Made by a program: the position numbers and the translations under genes
Source of the DNA: the human T2T-CHM13v2.0 reference genome, Homo sapiens
Reading direction: 5' to 3' (one strand)
Assembly (NCBI RefSeq): GCF_009914755.1
Contig: NC_060938.1
Length of the DNA stretch: 64,000 nt
The notes under the pieces: generated by a model
What the model was told of the DNA's origin: nothing
The model's input: the letters and a program-made list of their open reading frames with translations, nothing else
Databases searched by the model: none
Part shown: positions 24,219-42,000 of the stretch, piece after piece
Numbering within the stretch: position 1 is the first letter of the stretch
How the letters are laid out: each line of letters begins with the position of its first letter

Positions 24219-27200
24219 TGTAAGGTTCTTGTATCAGTTCAAACCCTGAGAACGTGCCAACAGACAACTTGAAGTGGTGTGGAGCAACATGCTGTTTTAA
24301 TGAGCGCCTGGGTGCAGGCGGGCTGAGGCCTAAAATGGTGTCAGCACCAAACTGAGGAAGAGGCAGGGGTTTTATGGTCTCCTATAAACAGGAAGTGTCC
24401 CAGTTTGATGTGACCGCTACGTAGTACCCGGATGGCCTCTTTGTCGATCTTCAGGGTACGTGTCTTCCAGCCAGCTCTCTTCCTGCTTCTCCTATCTTGC
24501 TGGCACACGCTGCTGAAGCAAGCAGCCTTGCGCCTTGGGACTGGGCCTGAGAAGGGAGGAGTTACTCATCCCTTCAAGCTTTCGGGCCTCAGGGAGAATC
24601 TCATATTCCTGTCTATTTGGTTATAGAAAAAAGGGAAAAGGGATTACTTTCTCAATAACTACTTCAGGCGCGACACAGTGGGTGGTGAGAGCACCCTGAG
24701 AAAAGAAAACTTTAATTTTCGGGGGTATTCTTGAAAGATGGGTTGGTATCTACTGTGTCATTGTAGCAGGAGCACTGTCTGCATTGTCTGGAGACACATC
24801 TGTGCCTGCAAGACAGTTATGTTGAGAGGACAAGGAATTGTTGACAGGGAGAGGCATGGCCTTATTTGCTGCTTTACGAATGAAAGACCGTGTCTGGATT
24901 AAGGAAGGGAGGTAATTCTTGAGTGGCTCCAAGTCTGGTAAGGATGGAGGCCTTAAGACAAAATTTCAGCCATACATGATTTTGAAGGGACTATAAAAAG
25001 AGGGTGCTTTTGGTGTTGTGTGGAGTCTCATGAGGGTGAAAGGGAGATTTCTTGTCCATGACTGATGGGTTTCAAGAGCTAGCTTGCTGAGTTGAGCTTT
25101 AAGGACAGAGTTGACTTTTTAAACTTTGCCTGAAGATTGAGGCCTGTAAGGTGTGTGGAGAACCCATTTTATTCCTAAGGATGTAGAAATGCCTTGAGTA
25201 ACTTGGCTTTAAAGTGGGCCCATTGTCGAACTGGATGGATGTTGGGAATCCAAAATGGGGAATTATATGCATGATGAGAGTTTGTGTGATGACATTTGTA
25301 CCTTCTGAACTTGTTGGGAACACTTCTACTTACCCAGAGAAAGTACAGACAAAGACTAGGAGATAGCGGAGCCATTTATCGGGTGGCGATGTGAGTGAAG
25401 TCTACTTGCCAATCTTGCCCGAGTACCTGGCCCTGGGCTTGGTGGGTAGGAAAAGGCAGTGGCCAGAGGGAGCCCTGGGGTGACACTGAGTGGCAGATAG
25501 AGCAGGACTGGATGATTTTTTTTAACATGGCTGGAAAGGTGAGGACAAGAGAGAATAGGGTGGAGAAGTTGTAAGAGAAGTTTGTAACTGACATGGAAAG
25601 GGTTGTGGAGACCTTGGAGGATAGGGATTATTTGAGAGTGAGGAAGAATGAAGCGCCCTTCCTTGACATACCATGGTCCTTGCTTTTGAAGGTTTTGGGC
25701 CTGGAAGTCCTCCTTTTCTTTTGAGGAGTAAAGAGGAGAGAACAAGGACAGGGACAGAGCGTGGCTGGGTTTAGATGGGAGCTGGTTAGTACGGTGATGT
25801 GGGGAGTTTCTATGAATAGAGCATATAGTTGGAGGAGCTGTGGGGCAGAGATGAGACTTAGTACACTGAGCTAGAATATCTTTGATGTTTTGGGTTGAAC
25901 AAACTGTTAGGTTGGCATGGAGAGATAGTTTTAGGCTTTTAAGGGTGAGGACAGCAGCTGCCACCAATGCTTGGAGACAGGCAGGCCATCCAAGAACTGT
26001 GGCTTCAAGCTGTTTAGAGAGATGGCAACAACCTGGAGGGTGGGTCCTTTAGGCTGGGTTAGAACACCCAGTGCAACTCCATGCCATTCATCGGTGTAGA
26101 GGGAAAAAGGTTTGGTGAGGTCTGTGTCTGGGCAAGTGAGGACGGGGGCTGAGGTGAGAGCCTTCTGGAGTAGACAGAAAGGTTGGGTAATAGGCTGTGC
26201 AGGGTTTAAAGGCTCACGGAGGGGGCCTTTAGCGGCTTGGTATAACCGTTTGTCAAGTAGAGTGAAGGAGGGAACCTCGAGGCTAAAATATCCTGCTAGT
26301 CCTAGAAAAGAGAGAATTTCTTGCTTAGTTTGTGGAGGTGGGAGGGACCGGAGGAGGGATATGCCATTGGTTGTGAGCCTTCGGGTTTCTGGGGCAAGGG
26401 CTAAACTTAGGTAGGTGACTGAAGGGGTGCATATCTGTGCTTTCTTAGGGGAGACTTGATACCTTCGTTCTGCCAGGAAGTTTAAAAGAGAGATAGTATA
26501 GGTGTTGCAGTTTTTTTTTGAGAGGGGCTACCCAGGAGCAGATCATTAGCATATTGAAGGACAGTGGCCCATTTTAGGGATAAGGTACAGAGATTGCGAG
26601 CAAGGGCCAGTCTAAAAAGGTGGGGGCTGTCTCTGAAACCTTGAGGTAGCACGCACCAGGTGAGCTGACGTGAAAGGTGGGTGTCGGGGTTTTCCCACAT
26701 AAAGGCAAAGAGGTTTTGGGAATCAGGGTGTAAAGGAATTGTGAAAAAAAGCAACCTTTAGGTTTAGAAGAGAAAAATGGGTGGTATTGGAGGGAACTGA
26801 GGAAAGTAAAGTGTATGGGTTAGGAACTGCTGGACATACTGGGAGTACAGCTTGGTTAATGAGCCTGAGGTCCTGGACTGCGTGATTAAGTTCCATCTGG
26901 CTTTTTAACAGGTAGAACTGGTGTGTTAAAAGGGGGGTCTGTTGGGCGGAGTAGGTGACAGGCAAGGAGGTGAGAAATGATAGGCTTTAGGCCTATGAGA
27001 GCTGTTAGGGGGATGGGATACTGCTTCTGTGATAGGAACTGGGCTCCTTAAGGGTAACGTGGACGGGGCTGTGGTGTTCTGCGACTGAGGGTGTGGAAGT
27101 ATCCTAAACAGCAGGGTTAACTACGGTTGGGGGATAAGGAAAAGTTGCATGTTTTAATATGGGAGGTTGGAGGAGTAGAAGAAAGTTAGAAGCTCCGGAG

Positions 27201-30172
27201 GGGTCTGGGTTGATGCGTTGGGTACCATGGAGAACGTGGAGGTGGAGAGTAGTGTGGAGTTTTGAAAGGATGTCTCTGCCTAGGAGTGGTGTTGGGCAAG
27301 AGGGCAGGACTAAGAAAGAGTGAGTGAAGGAAAAGGTGTTCAGGGAGCGGAACAGTGGAGGGGGGCTCGGGGTTTGGAGACTTCTTCATCAATTCCTACA
27401 ACAGAGACTTGGGAGGGCTGGGTGGGTCCTGAAAATTTAGGTAAAGTAGGGTAGGTTGCCCGGTATTAATAAAAAAAAAAACATACTGTCCTACCTGCCA
27501 CCATCAGGGTTACCCTTGGCTCAGATGAAGCGATGGTAGTTGCCAGGGCGTCCATTCCAGGGCACCGTCAGTCTTCAGCAGCAAGGCCGATGAGATCCCA
27601 GTAGGAGGTTTTGGTCGGCTCAGGAAGGGATGGGGGCAGTCCTTGCGGGGGCTGCTCACAGTCCAACTTCCAGTGGGGTCCTCTGCAGAGGGGGCATGGC
27701 CTGGTGGGCTTACCTGGGTTTGGGCATTGTCTGGACCGGTGGCTTTCATTGCCACACTTGAAATAGGCACGAGGTGGAGGTGGATTGCTAGGAGGCCTCC
27801 ATGTGGAGCTGCAGCCCCGTGGGCCTGCAGGGCCCCTGATGGCGGAGGCAAGCATTTGAAACTCTGCCTGTTTTTTGCCTTTTACTTTCCTCATTATGAT
27901 TGTTAAAGACTTTGAAGGCTAAATTAAGAAGGTCTTGTGGGGTTTGAGGGCCGTCATCAAGCTTCTGAAGCTTGCACTGAATATCAGGGTGGATTGGGAG
28001 ATGAAGTGAAGGTTTAAAATAGTGGTTCCTTCTAGGTTGGCTGGATCTAGGTTGGTATACTTTCTCCTGGCTTCAGTTAAACGAGAGAGAAAAAGGGCTG
28101 GGTTTTCGTCAGGACCTTAGGTGATTTCTGAAAGTTTTTCATAGTTGACTGCGTCTTGAGTCCTGCAAGGAGACACACAATTATACGGTCTTGACAGCAG
28201 CGTCCAGGGGCCCCATCTTGATAATCCTAGTGGGGGTCCTGGCTGAGGACTGCCTTTGTACCAGTGGGTTGGGCAGCCCAGTCATTAAGTGTATCAGCAT
28301 GTGCCTGAGCTAGGGCCCAGATATGGTCTTGGTTTTCTGGGGTGAGGGTGGAAGAGAGGGTAATGTAGAGGTCATGCCAAGCTAGTTTATAAGACTGGGT
28401 AAGGTACTGAAACTTCCTAATATAAGAGGTAGGGTCTTCTGGAAATGAGTCTTTTGTTAATTTGAGAATGATCAGTGAGGGAGAAGGGAACATGAATTTT
28501 AACAATACCTTTAGCTCCTGCTACTTCCCGAGGGGGGCACTCTAGCACTGGCGCTGAAGTAAGGTTGGGACATGGGCCAAAGATGATACCCAAGCAAGTA
28601 TGGGTGGGAGAGAAGGAAGAAGCCAGAAGTGGTTGGTTCCTGCTGAGGGTTTGAAGGGGGAAGGGGGGTTGAGTTGATAGGCAGTGGAGGATAGATAGGG
28701 GCTTAAGGTGATGGGATGGGTTTATAGGCCTCAAGAGAGGGCAGTGAGGAAAGAGAATGGGTACAGGCAATGCTAGAGTTGACCTGAGAAGGGGGGTGGG
28801 GTGTAGGAAGGGAAGTGGGTACGTTTGGAGGTGATGCCATCTGGGAAGATGGCAGCTGAGAAGACAAAGAAGAGGCTTGGGAGGTTAAAGAAGACGGTTG
28901 AGAGGGAAAGGTAGGGGCTGGGAGGGGTGGACAGCAGTCTGCTGGACCCAACGAGGAAAAAGAGGTAGGGTCAGGAGAAGAAAGGCGATCAGGGCGGCAA
29001 GAATGGAGGAGAAGGATTTGAACAGGTAAGCAAGAATTGTAGAGTTCGGGTTGTGATCTGAGTGCAAAAAGGCCTGGACATAAGGAATTTCTCCCCATTT
29101 CTCCAGTCGTTGGCAATAACTGCTTAAATCAGTTAAAACTGTGAAGTCGAGTGCTCCATTTGCAGGCCATTTGGACCCATTATCCAATTCATATTGTGGC
29201 CAGACTGAATTACAAAAAAGACAAGGTGCTTAGGGCAGATATCTTGGCTGAGGCCTAAGGTTTGCAGGTTTTTTTATGAGGCAGCCTAGAGGGCTATTTT
29301 TTGGAATGGACGACTGGGAGTTTTTTATAAAGGAGGGTTGGCTCGGGAAAACAGGGAAAAGGACACTGTCCTGGATGGCCAGAGGGAGACGATAAAAGGA
29401 ACGATCGTCACCGCTGCCTTTTTCATTCCTGGAATGGGATCGAATGGCTTAGAGGTGTCCCCCTAAGACCAGATGATCAGCAAGTGCTTGGCACACTCCA
29501 GAGCCTTTTTGGACCAATGTTGGATTTTCGGACCAGAGAAACCAAGAGAAACCATGCGGATTTTTCCCTGTTAACCAGGGTCCTGGGGAAACTCACCAGT
29601 AGGCGAGATCAGTGACCGGTGTGCACGCACAGAGAGCTGACTGGAGGCTGAGGAGCTTCCTTTGTCCGGCTGCTGTGGCCTGCTCTCCGGGGTGGAGGGG
29701 TAGGTCCACGGGGGATGCAGACCTGAGCCTCTCCCGGGTTTTGGCACCAAAATGTAAGGTTCTTGTATCCGTTTGAACCCCGAGAGGGAGCCAACAGACA
29801 ACACGACGCGGTGTGGAGCAACATGCTGTTTTAATGAGCGCCTGGGTGCAGGCAGGCTGAGGCCTAAAATGGCGTCAGCACCAAAATGAGAACAGAGCAG
29901 GGGTTTTATGGTCTCCTGTAAACAGGAAGTGTCCCAGTTTGACGTGACTGCTATGTACTACATACTACAGTACCCAGACGGCCTCTTTTTCAATCTTCAG
30001 GGGTACGTGTCTTCCCACCAGGGTAGGGGTCTTCCAGCTGGCTGTCTTCCTGCTTCGGCTACCTTGCTGGTGCACGCTGCTGACACAAATAGCCTTGTGC
30101 CTTGGGACTGGGCCTGAGAAGGGAGGAGTTACTCATCCCTTCAAGCTTTCAGGCCTCAGGGAGAATCTTACA
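24219..30172 (-). mobile_element. HERVH48/HERV-Fb-like provirus (MER48-type LTRs, tRNA-Phe primer-binding site)
   Basis: LTRs at 24219-24605 and 29753-30172. PBS TGGTGCCAAAACCCGGGA (29732-29749) is 17/18 to tRNA-Phe. Gag MA/CA and NC knuckle (CPLCRGPHWKLDC), RT (LPQGFRDSP..LQYANDLLL) and IN (DWQVDFTH, SIQFDNGP) are present. Env is largely deleted and all frames are broken. Confidence 0.85.
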
Positions 30173-30300
30173 GTTTTTATCATGGACAGGTGGAAATCTA
30201 GATGTTTCTAATTCAGACCCCAAGTTTTGGAATGAGTTTGGCATCTCACTTTGAAGACCTGGGGATACTTAACTCCCAAATACCGGGAGGCTCCAAGTTT

Positions 30301-30312
30301 CCACTAGAGGGC
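30301..30312 (+). promoter_or_regulatory. CTCF-like motif
   Basis: CCACTAGAGGGC matches the CTCF core. Motif only. Confidence 0.35.
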
Positions 30313-30711
30313 CACACATACTTTGAGACAAGAAAGAGGTTGGCAAATAACACAGGAATTCTAAAGCAATAAGCTGCAAAAAGTAGGGGGAGGAGGAATG
30401 TTTTTATGCAGAGCCTTGCGAGAATGAGCCGCTGCTGGGAGGTGGGTGGGAGGGTGCCCATAGCAGCAGCAGTGACTAAAACCACCACCACCTCCATCTT
30501 AGTTGTTTTCCTTTGTTGATGAAAAGAGTCAAACTGTAACGTATTTGAAAAGGTTTGTTCTGAGCCAAATGGGAGTGACCAATGGCCCATGACACAGCCC
30601 TCAAGAGATCCTGAGAACATGTGCCCAAGGTGGTCAGGCTACAACATGGTTTTATATATTTTAGGGAAACATAAGCCATCAGTCAGTACATGTAAGATGT
30701 ACACTGGTTCA

Positions 30712-31425
<714 letters not shown>

Positions 31426-31921
31426 AAAGACCTGGAATCAATACAAAGGAATGTCTGGGTTATGATAAGGAGTTGTAGAGACCAAGGTTTTATGATGCAG
31501 ATAAAGTGTCCGGTAGCAGACTTCAGAGACAATAGATTGCAAATGTTTCTTATTAGACTTAAAGAGTCTGTTGTATTAGTCTTAAAGTCTGTGTTGATGT
31601 TAAGGCTGGTCAGCTAAGCCTGAATTCCAAAAGGGAGGAGGGTATAATGAGGTGTGTCCAACTCCCCCTTCCCATGATGGCCTGCACTAGTTTTTCAGGT
31701 TAACTTTAGAATGCTTTTGCCTGAGGGGAGGGTCCATTCAGATTGTTGGGGGGCTTAGAATTTTATTTTTGGTTTATATCTTCTCAAGAAAAGAAACAAA
31801 GCAAAACCCAGAAATCCAGACAGTCTTGATAATCAGAAGTACTTGGAAACCACAATCACTTCAAGAGACTTTATTTAAAACAAATGACTTGACAAGATTG
31901 AAAAAGTATGTTGTATGTTGA

Positions 31922-32248
<327 letters not shown>

Positions 32249-32439
32249 TAAAGGAATAGAAAAAATGTTTCCTTACTATACTAAGGGTATTTAGATCCGC
32301 ATGACTAGTGGGTTTCATTTGACGAGCCAAATCTAGTCAGTCAGGCAGTTACCCTTAGGGTTTTGTAATCAATTAGCCAAGCTGACCACGAAAAAGTCAG
32401 AAAGAGTATCTAGGACTTACCAACATTTATCTACCTAGA

Positions 32440-32780
32440 CGTATCCTCCTAAAATTAGAATCAGCAAATGATACCAGTAATATTTATTATTATTTGATAT
32501 TGTTTCGGAAGTCCTGGCCAAATCAATAAGATATGAGAGAAAATGGTGGTTAGGGAATCTGAAAAGAAAGAAACTACTGTAGCATTTTCTGTAAGTAATT
32601 AAGTAGGAGAAAAAACATAGATCATTTTTAAGCTTCTAGAGTTATAGCAAGAGTATAGAAATGACCAGACACAGAGGTCCATATATGATTATCTTTTTGA
32701 AAATAGTTCTATATTTGAAGTAGTTATATATCAATTAGACGATTGTGTTATGAAGAAAAGGAGGATAAAGACACACACAA
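32440..32780 (+). mobile_element. Ancient L1M ORF2 relic
   Basis: LLFDIVSEVLAKSIR resembles L1 [17 protein letters not shown]. Confidence 0.55.
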
Positions 32781-33183
32781 AAAAAACTAATGTGACCTAT
32801 GTTATAAAAATAACATTTTATTTGGAAATTGTTAATGTTTGAAAGCAGACAAAATAAGGATAGCAACACAAAATGCCTTCTGACTTAGTGTGATAATATT
32901 CACAATATAGCATTTACCTGGTGAATTATTCATCACATATCATGGTGCTTAGGTTTGCTGGCTCAAGTTGTGACGTTGTTTTCAGAAAAAAAAAAGGGGG
33001 GGCTTAACGAAACTCATAGATTACTCAGATATAACCTAGAATGATATTTTTTAATATGTAAAGGATAACTGTCACACTTCCTGAAATACAGATGTCAGCA
33101 TGACCAATGCAATCTAAGATTTTAATTAGAAGGTTGCTTGGTAAGCGTAGAATTAAAGGGAAAGGAGATAACTGAATAGTTGA

Positions 33184-33589
<406 letters not shown>

Positions 33590-33855
33590 TTCATGTTTTA
33601 TTACTGCCTATCCTTGCCATACCTCATCTGATTCACACACATTTTATTTATGTAACAAAGGTTTTTAAAAATGTATAGGTTAAAATTAGGCAGTGTGGTG
33701 AAGGGGAGACTTTTTTTTTTTTTACTGAAATCTTATGAGTTCTTAGTTGGAGAGGAGCCCTGAAACCAAAGACAGATCAACAAGAGAAAAACAAACTTAA
33801 ATTTATTTACTTGTTTATTTCCTATATACATGGGAGATACCCAAGGAATGAGTAA

Positions 33856-34188
<333 letters not shown>

Positions 34189-34449
34189 CCTAAACCCACT
34201 TCTTTTGTCTGAATTCTCAATTTGCTTGATGCGAGACGGAGACGATGAACCTCGGGTATTTACCCCAGACAAATGACGCCACTTCACAAGTATGTTGCAG
34301 AATATTCAAAACCAGAGAATGAGGATGAGCACAAGAATGACTGGGACAAAAGGACATGAATGGGATATTCTTGAGAGATCCCCTAAGATAAAGACAGGAT
34401 TGGATATGATACCTGGGTGCTCTGGCCTGTTAAAGGGCCAGAGGAAGTA

Positions 34450-35010
34450 GAAACAAATGAGAAGTAGGTGGAACCAGAAAAAATACACTAATTCCAGGAA
34501 ACATTCCAGGCAAGTGTATTAAAAATAATGATTTACTGCTTGGATTTGTAGTGAACATGATAATAAATAACAGCACAGATTCACATGGAAATCATGTTAG
34601 ACTAATCTAATCTCCTGCCTTAGGTAGAATTAGGAAATGTGGAGAATATTTTGCATCTTTACTTCTGCAAAGCACTTGATAAAGTCTCTCAATGCAATGA
34701 CTACCTTCCTAACTGGTTAAACCAGATCATGTGATGATGTGACACAGACCTGTCTCCACAGGCCTATCTTATTCATCATATTTTCAGGTGACTTGGATGA
34801 AGATGCAAAATCTCATCACAATAATAGATGACATGATACTCAGTCAGGGAGAGCAAATAACATGGATGATGGAATCAAGATCCAAAGTTCTTACCAGTCT
34901 GAAGCAGTGGATTATATCCAGTAACAAGAAATTTCACAAGTATAAATTTTGTGCCCTTGAAACAAAATCAGTTGCATAAGTACAGGACAGGACTTGGATG
35001 CTAACTAATA
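34450..35010 (+). mobile_element. CR1/L3 LINE RT relic
   Basis: QHRFT..SC*TNLIS....LYFCKALDKVS resembles CR1 RT QHGF..KSCQTNLI..YLDFSKAFDKV. Confidence 0.7.
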
Positions 35011-35029
35011 GTTTGTCATAAGTACCTTT

Positions 35030-36150
<1,121 letters not shown>

Positions 36151-36704
36151 TGTCCTGTGTAGCAATTTAATTTTTTTGAACACTCCCAGTAACAGTAAGA
36201 GAGAGATGCTAGTATTATGTCTGCTTTACACTTGAGCAAGCTTGGAGAAGTTCACTAACTTGTTTAAGTTCAGGCTAGAAAGGAGTATATATTCGCTATT
36301 CAAACCTAGACAAACTAAAATATAGACTGAGCTTTTATTTTCATATATCAAGTACAAGACATAAGAAATAATAATTTTTGAAATATCAATTCCTGTTTAA
36401 CATCAAAAGTTTTATGATTGTATCCTATTTTCTGAGTCTCAAGTCTTTGTCCGTAAATGTTCACGGATACCCAAAAGTGTTGACATTTGAATCCCAGGTT
36501 ATAGCAAAGAGGACAATAAAGCGACTTGCAGGATCTTCCTTTGTTACTAATGGAATGTCCAACAGCAGAAGAAGTGCAGAAGTCCTGAGAAATGATGACT
36601 CTAGGGATTCTGCTTAGGCAACTCATTTATAAAAATGAGAGTCACAACAGGAACATTTACTATAATCAGAAAGATAAACTCCAAGGTTTTTAAGATTACT
36701 TTCA

Positions 36705-37117
<413 letters not shown>

Positions 37118-37310
37118 CTAACCTGCAAAAATGTCACTTTAAAATGAAGGTAAAATAAAACTTTTTCAGACCAAAAAAAACCTAATAGAGTTTATAACTA
37201 GTGGACCTTCACTAAAGGAAATTTCAAAGGATATACTTCAGGCTGAAGAGAAAAGCTACTCGATGGAAATCTGAAGTTCAGGAAAGAATGAAACACAGAA
37301 AGCATGATAG

Positions 37311-37460
37311 AGCTGGGCGTGGTGGTATGTGTCTGTAATCCCAGCTTCTCAAGAGGCCAAAGTCAGAGGATTACTTGAGCTCAGGAGTTCAAATCCAACT
37401 GGGGAAATTAGCAAGATCCTGTCTCCTAAAGAAACAAAAACAAAAACAAAAAAAAAACAA
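37311..37460 (+). mobile_element. FLAM-like monomer
   Basis: Single monomer with A-tail and TSD AAAGCATGATA. Confidence 0.75.
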
Positions 37461-37484
37461 AGCATGATAAATAAATATGTGAGC

Positions 37485-37805
37485 AGCTGGGCTCAGTGGC
37501 TCACGCCTGTAATCCCAGCACTTTGGGAGGCTGAGGTGGGTGAATCATTTGAGGTCAGGAGTTTGAGACCAGCCTGGCCAACATGGTGAAGCCCCATCTT
37601 TACTAAAAAATACAAAAAATTAGCCAGGCGTGCTGGTGCACACCTGTAATCTCAGCTACTGGGGAGGCTGAGGCAGGAGAATCACTTGAACCTAGGAGTC
37701 AGAGGTTGCAGTGAGCTCAGATTGTGCCACTGCACTCCAGCCTGGGCAACAGAGTGAAACTCCATCTAAAAAAAAAAATAAATAAATAAATGAAAATAAA
37801 AAACA
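37485..37805 (+). mobile_element. Alu (AluS)
   Basis: Full Alu with TSD AAATAAATATGTGAGC. Confidence 0.92.
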
Positions 37806-37938
37806 AATAAATATGTGAGCAAATATAAATTTTTTGACTCTATAAAGCAATAATGTCTTATAGAATTAAAAACATAAAATTAAAATTAAATATACAGCAG
37901 CAGTAACAATTTGAGAATGTTATAAATTGAGTCAAGTG

Positions 37939-38104
37939 GGCCTGGTGCAGTGGCTCATACTGTAGTCCCAGCACTTTGGGAGGCCAAGGCAGGAGGATCA
38001 CTTGAGCCCTGGAGTTAGAGGCTGCAGTGAGCCATGATCACTTCATTGCACTCCAGCCCAGGTGACATAGTAAGATCCTGTCTCTAAAAAAAAAAGAAAA
38101 AAAA
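37939..38104 (+). mobile_element. Alu monomer / deleted AluJ
   Basis: ~165-bp Alu-derived monomer with A-tail. Confidence 0.75.
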
Positions 38105-38303
38105 TTCAGTCAAGTACAAGAGATGATTTAAAATATGAATTAGATTTTTATTTAAAATTAATATTTAAAATATTAATTAGATTTTTAAAATATAATAGAT
38201 TTTTATATGTTTAGTATGCATGCTGAAATTTCTAGGATAAACAATTAAAGGAATAGAGACACCGTGTATACATTCCAAACTAGCAGAGAGAATAAGTGAA
38301 ATG

Positions 38304-38690
38304 TGAATCAGTTAGAATAGGCTTACTTGTGCTGCAGTAACAAACAACCTCAAAATGTCAGTGGCATAAGATTTATTACTCATTTCTCCTACACATCCAT
38401 CATGGTCCAGCAAAGGGGTTCTCCCTACCATAGTCACTTGGGAACACAGGCTGACACAGGCTTCATCCTGACACACAATTCCACAGTAACAGAGGCAAAG
38501 GGAAGAAAGCATGGTAACCTGCAGGCCAACTCTTGATCCTGCTGCAAGAAGGGACATACATGACTTCTACTCACACATAATTGACCACAGAAAGTCACGT
38601 AGTCACATCTAAGTACAAGGGACAAAGAAGTAGGATCCTTCTAAGTGCCTGGAACAAGAGAACTAAACACCTGTGATTAGCCTTAATGGC
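38304..38690 (-). mobile_element. MLT1 (ERVL-MaLR) solo LTR
   Basis: 'aatcagttagaataggctta..gctgcagtaacaaacaacctcaaaat.tcagtggc' is a typical MLT1 end. Confidence 0.65.
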
Positions 38691-39775
38691 TTTTATGGAG
38701 TGATATAGAAATACACAACTAATCCAAAAGAAGGGAAAACAGGAGACGAAAAAGAAATACCAAACAAACGAGACAAATAGAAAAGACTAAATAGATGATA
38801 GATGTACACTGAGGAAGATGGAGATGAATAATTGCAATAAATATAAATGGTCCAGTTAAAACACAACACTGATGGAGGAAAATCTAACTCTATGATGTTT
38901 ACAAGAAATACTTCAAAAATGTAAGAATTCAGAACTCTGGAGAATGAAAAGATAGAAATGATAAAAATTGCAGCATAGCCATGCTTTAGAATCCTTTAGG
39001 GCAATAAAATTGAACAAAATATATCCACTTGTAGCAACATAAATGGATTGAATAAACATAAGGTAGTTCAGTCACAAAAAATATATATACAATGAGATTC
39101 TATTTATATAACATTCAAGAACAGGTGAAATTAAACTGTAATGGTTAGAGACGGATACATAAGTGATATAATTATAAAAAGAAGAAAGGAAATTGTTATC
39201 TCAAGCATAATTTTTTTTTTCTGGAGGGAAAGAAAGTGCCCTGGTCAGGAAAGAGCACATGGTTGAGAGCTTCAGAAATACTGCCATTGTTCTGTTTCTG
39301 ACCTTGGCAGAAGTCAAAAGGGTGTCTGCCTCATAGATATTCTTTAAACTTTGCCTACATGTATGATTTTGGCACTCTAGTACGTGTGCGTGACTGTGTG
39401 TGTGTGTGTTATATAATGTACCTTATAATTTTTAAAAAATGCTTAAGAAGTAAAGATTTTATTAGATGATTAGATGTGAAAATCAGGAGGTCATGGATTC
39501 TTTGCTACAGTAGTTTCAGAGCGTCCTTTTTCCAGCTGAAGAGAATATTAGAGCTAAAGGAACAGAGTCAACAAGGAGCTTGGCAATGAAGAGAAGGAGC
39601 CAACTGGTAAGTAGTTTCGGAAGGCTGCGTAGAAGGTGACATGAGATTGTCCATATCCTAAGGAGTCAGTACAGAAGACACTGGAAATACAGGGCACAGA
39701 TACAGCACAGTCTCAGGAACTGGGCAAAGATGGGATCCAGCTCACAGGCAAAGGTACAGGAGAATGTCCTACCTA

Positions 39776-40090
<315 letters not shown>

Positions 40091-40420
40091 AGAATGGTAG
40101 AAAGGAAGGGAAGTAGGTACCAAAATGGAAACGGACGCAGCCAAGAAACAAGGAAGTTGACCAAGAATATGAACAGAAGAGGAAGGTCCTTTCAGCAATG
40201 GAACCTACTTCTACAACTGGAACTTAAGTCACTATTCCCCTTTGCCTCAGACTTGTTCTGAAACAGGGTTCGGAGAATGTGTGCATCACTTGTGTTGTCT
40301 GGATCATGGGGAAAGATAACTGGTACGGAATGACCTGTGACCTGTCACTGAGAGGGCTCACTTCCTGTGCATTAAATCACAGCTACTGTATTCAGATTCA
40401 TTACACATATTAAAATATGA

Positions 40421-40745
<325 letters not shown>

Positions 40746-40763
40746 AGAATATTTCTTAAGTAA

Positions 40764-41087
<324 letters not shown>

Positions 41088-41485
41088 CCCAGCTCCGTGA
41101 TCTGTAAAACAGACAAGCTGGATAACTCACAAAACAATAATAAAGAATAACTGAAATGTATATGTATATTGGGGGTGGATTTAAAGAGGGGTGTGGAGTC
41201 GGTTCACCTTTTTAATCTTTCCTGTAATACTGACTGATATTTTTCTGGATGAGTACAGATTTACAGACAAAAGTCCTGATTTAGTATTTTAAAGATAAGT
41301 GATTTTTGATCTTCTGTAATTTGTTTCTTTATCTGTAAATTAAAGCACCTTATTCAAAGGGTTATTGTGTGAACTAAATAAAATAACCCAGGTAAAGCAT
41401 CTAGAACAGTTCAGCCAGCTCAGTGATCAGAGTTGCAGCCTTATTTGCCTGAATAATGAAATAATTATTGATTTAAGTTCCCAGC

Positions 41486-41617
41486 TATGAAACCATATGT
41501 CCCAGTTTGCCCAGGATCTGCTCTATGTATGCTGCTGTCCTGGCTTAATTACTAGTAGTATTCCTTCTCACTCTCAAAAGTATCACAGTTCAGACAGTAA
41601 ATTAGATGGGCACCCTA
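41486..41617. mobile_element. MER94-like hAT-Blackjack MITE inserted in a MIR
   Basis: 'accatatgtcccagtttgcccagga...cactctcaaaagt..cagacagtaaattagatgggcacccta'. The right terminal inverted repeat is recognisable and the left one is eroded. MIR core flanks it (41320-41410, 41620-41670). Confidence 0.65.
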
Positions 41618-41715
41618 TTCAGAGCACATAGTAAGCTCTCCATAGATATCATTATATTGTTATTATTACCAGTTTAATATAGCTTCTGAAAAGGTCACAA
41701 TTAACAGGTAAGTTT

Positions 41716-42000
<285 letters not shown>

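Noticed and set aside
24606-24900. Suppressyn-like ORF in the HERVH48-type provirus
   Set aside because: Env is nearly entirely deleted and no credible ORF remains.
24219-30172. Asymmetric CpG preservation between the two MER48-type LTRs as a sign of germline activity
   Set aside because: Each LTR retains some CpGs the other has lost, with no clear bias by eye.
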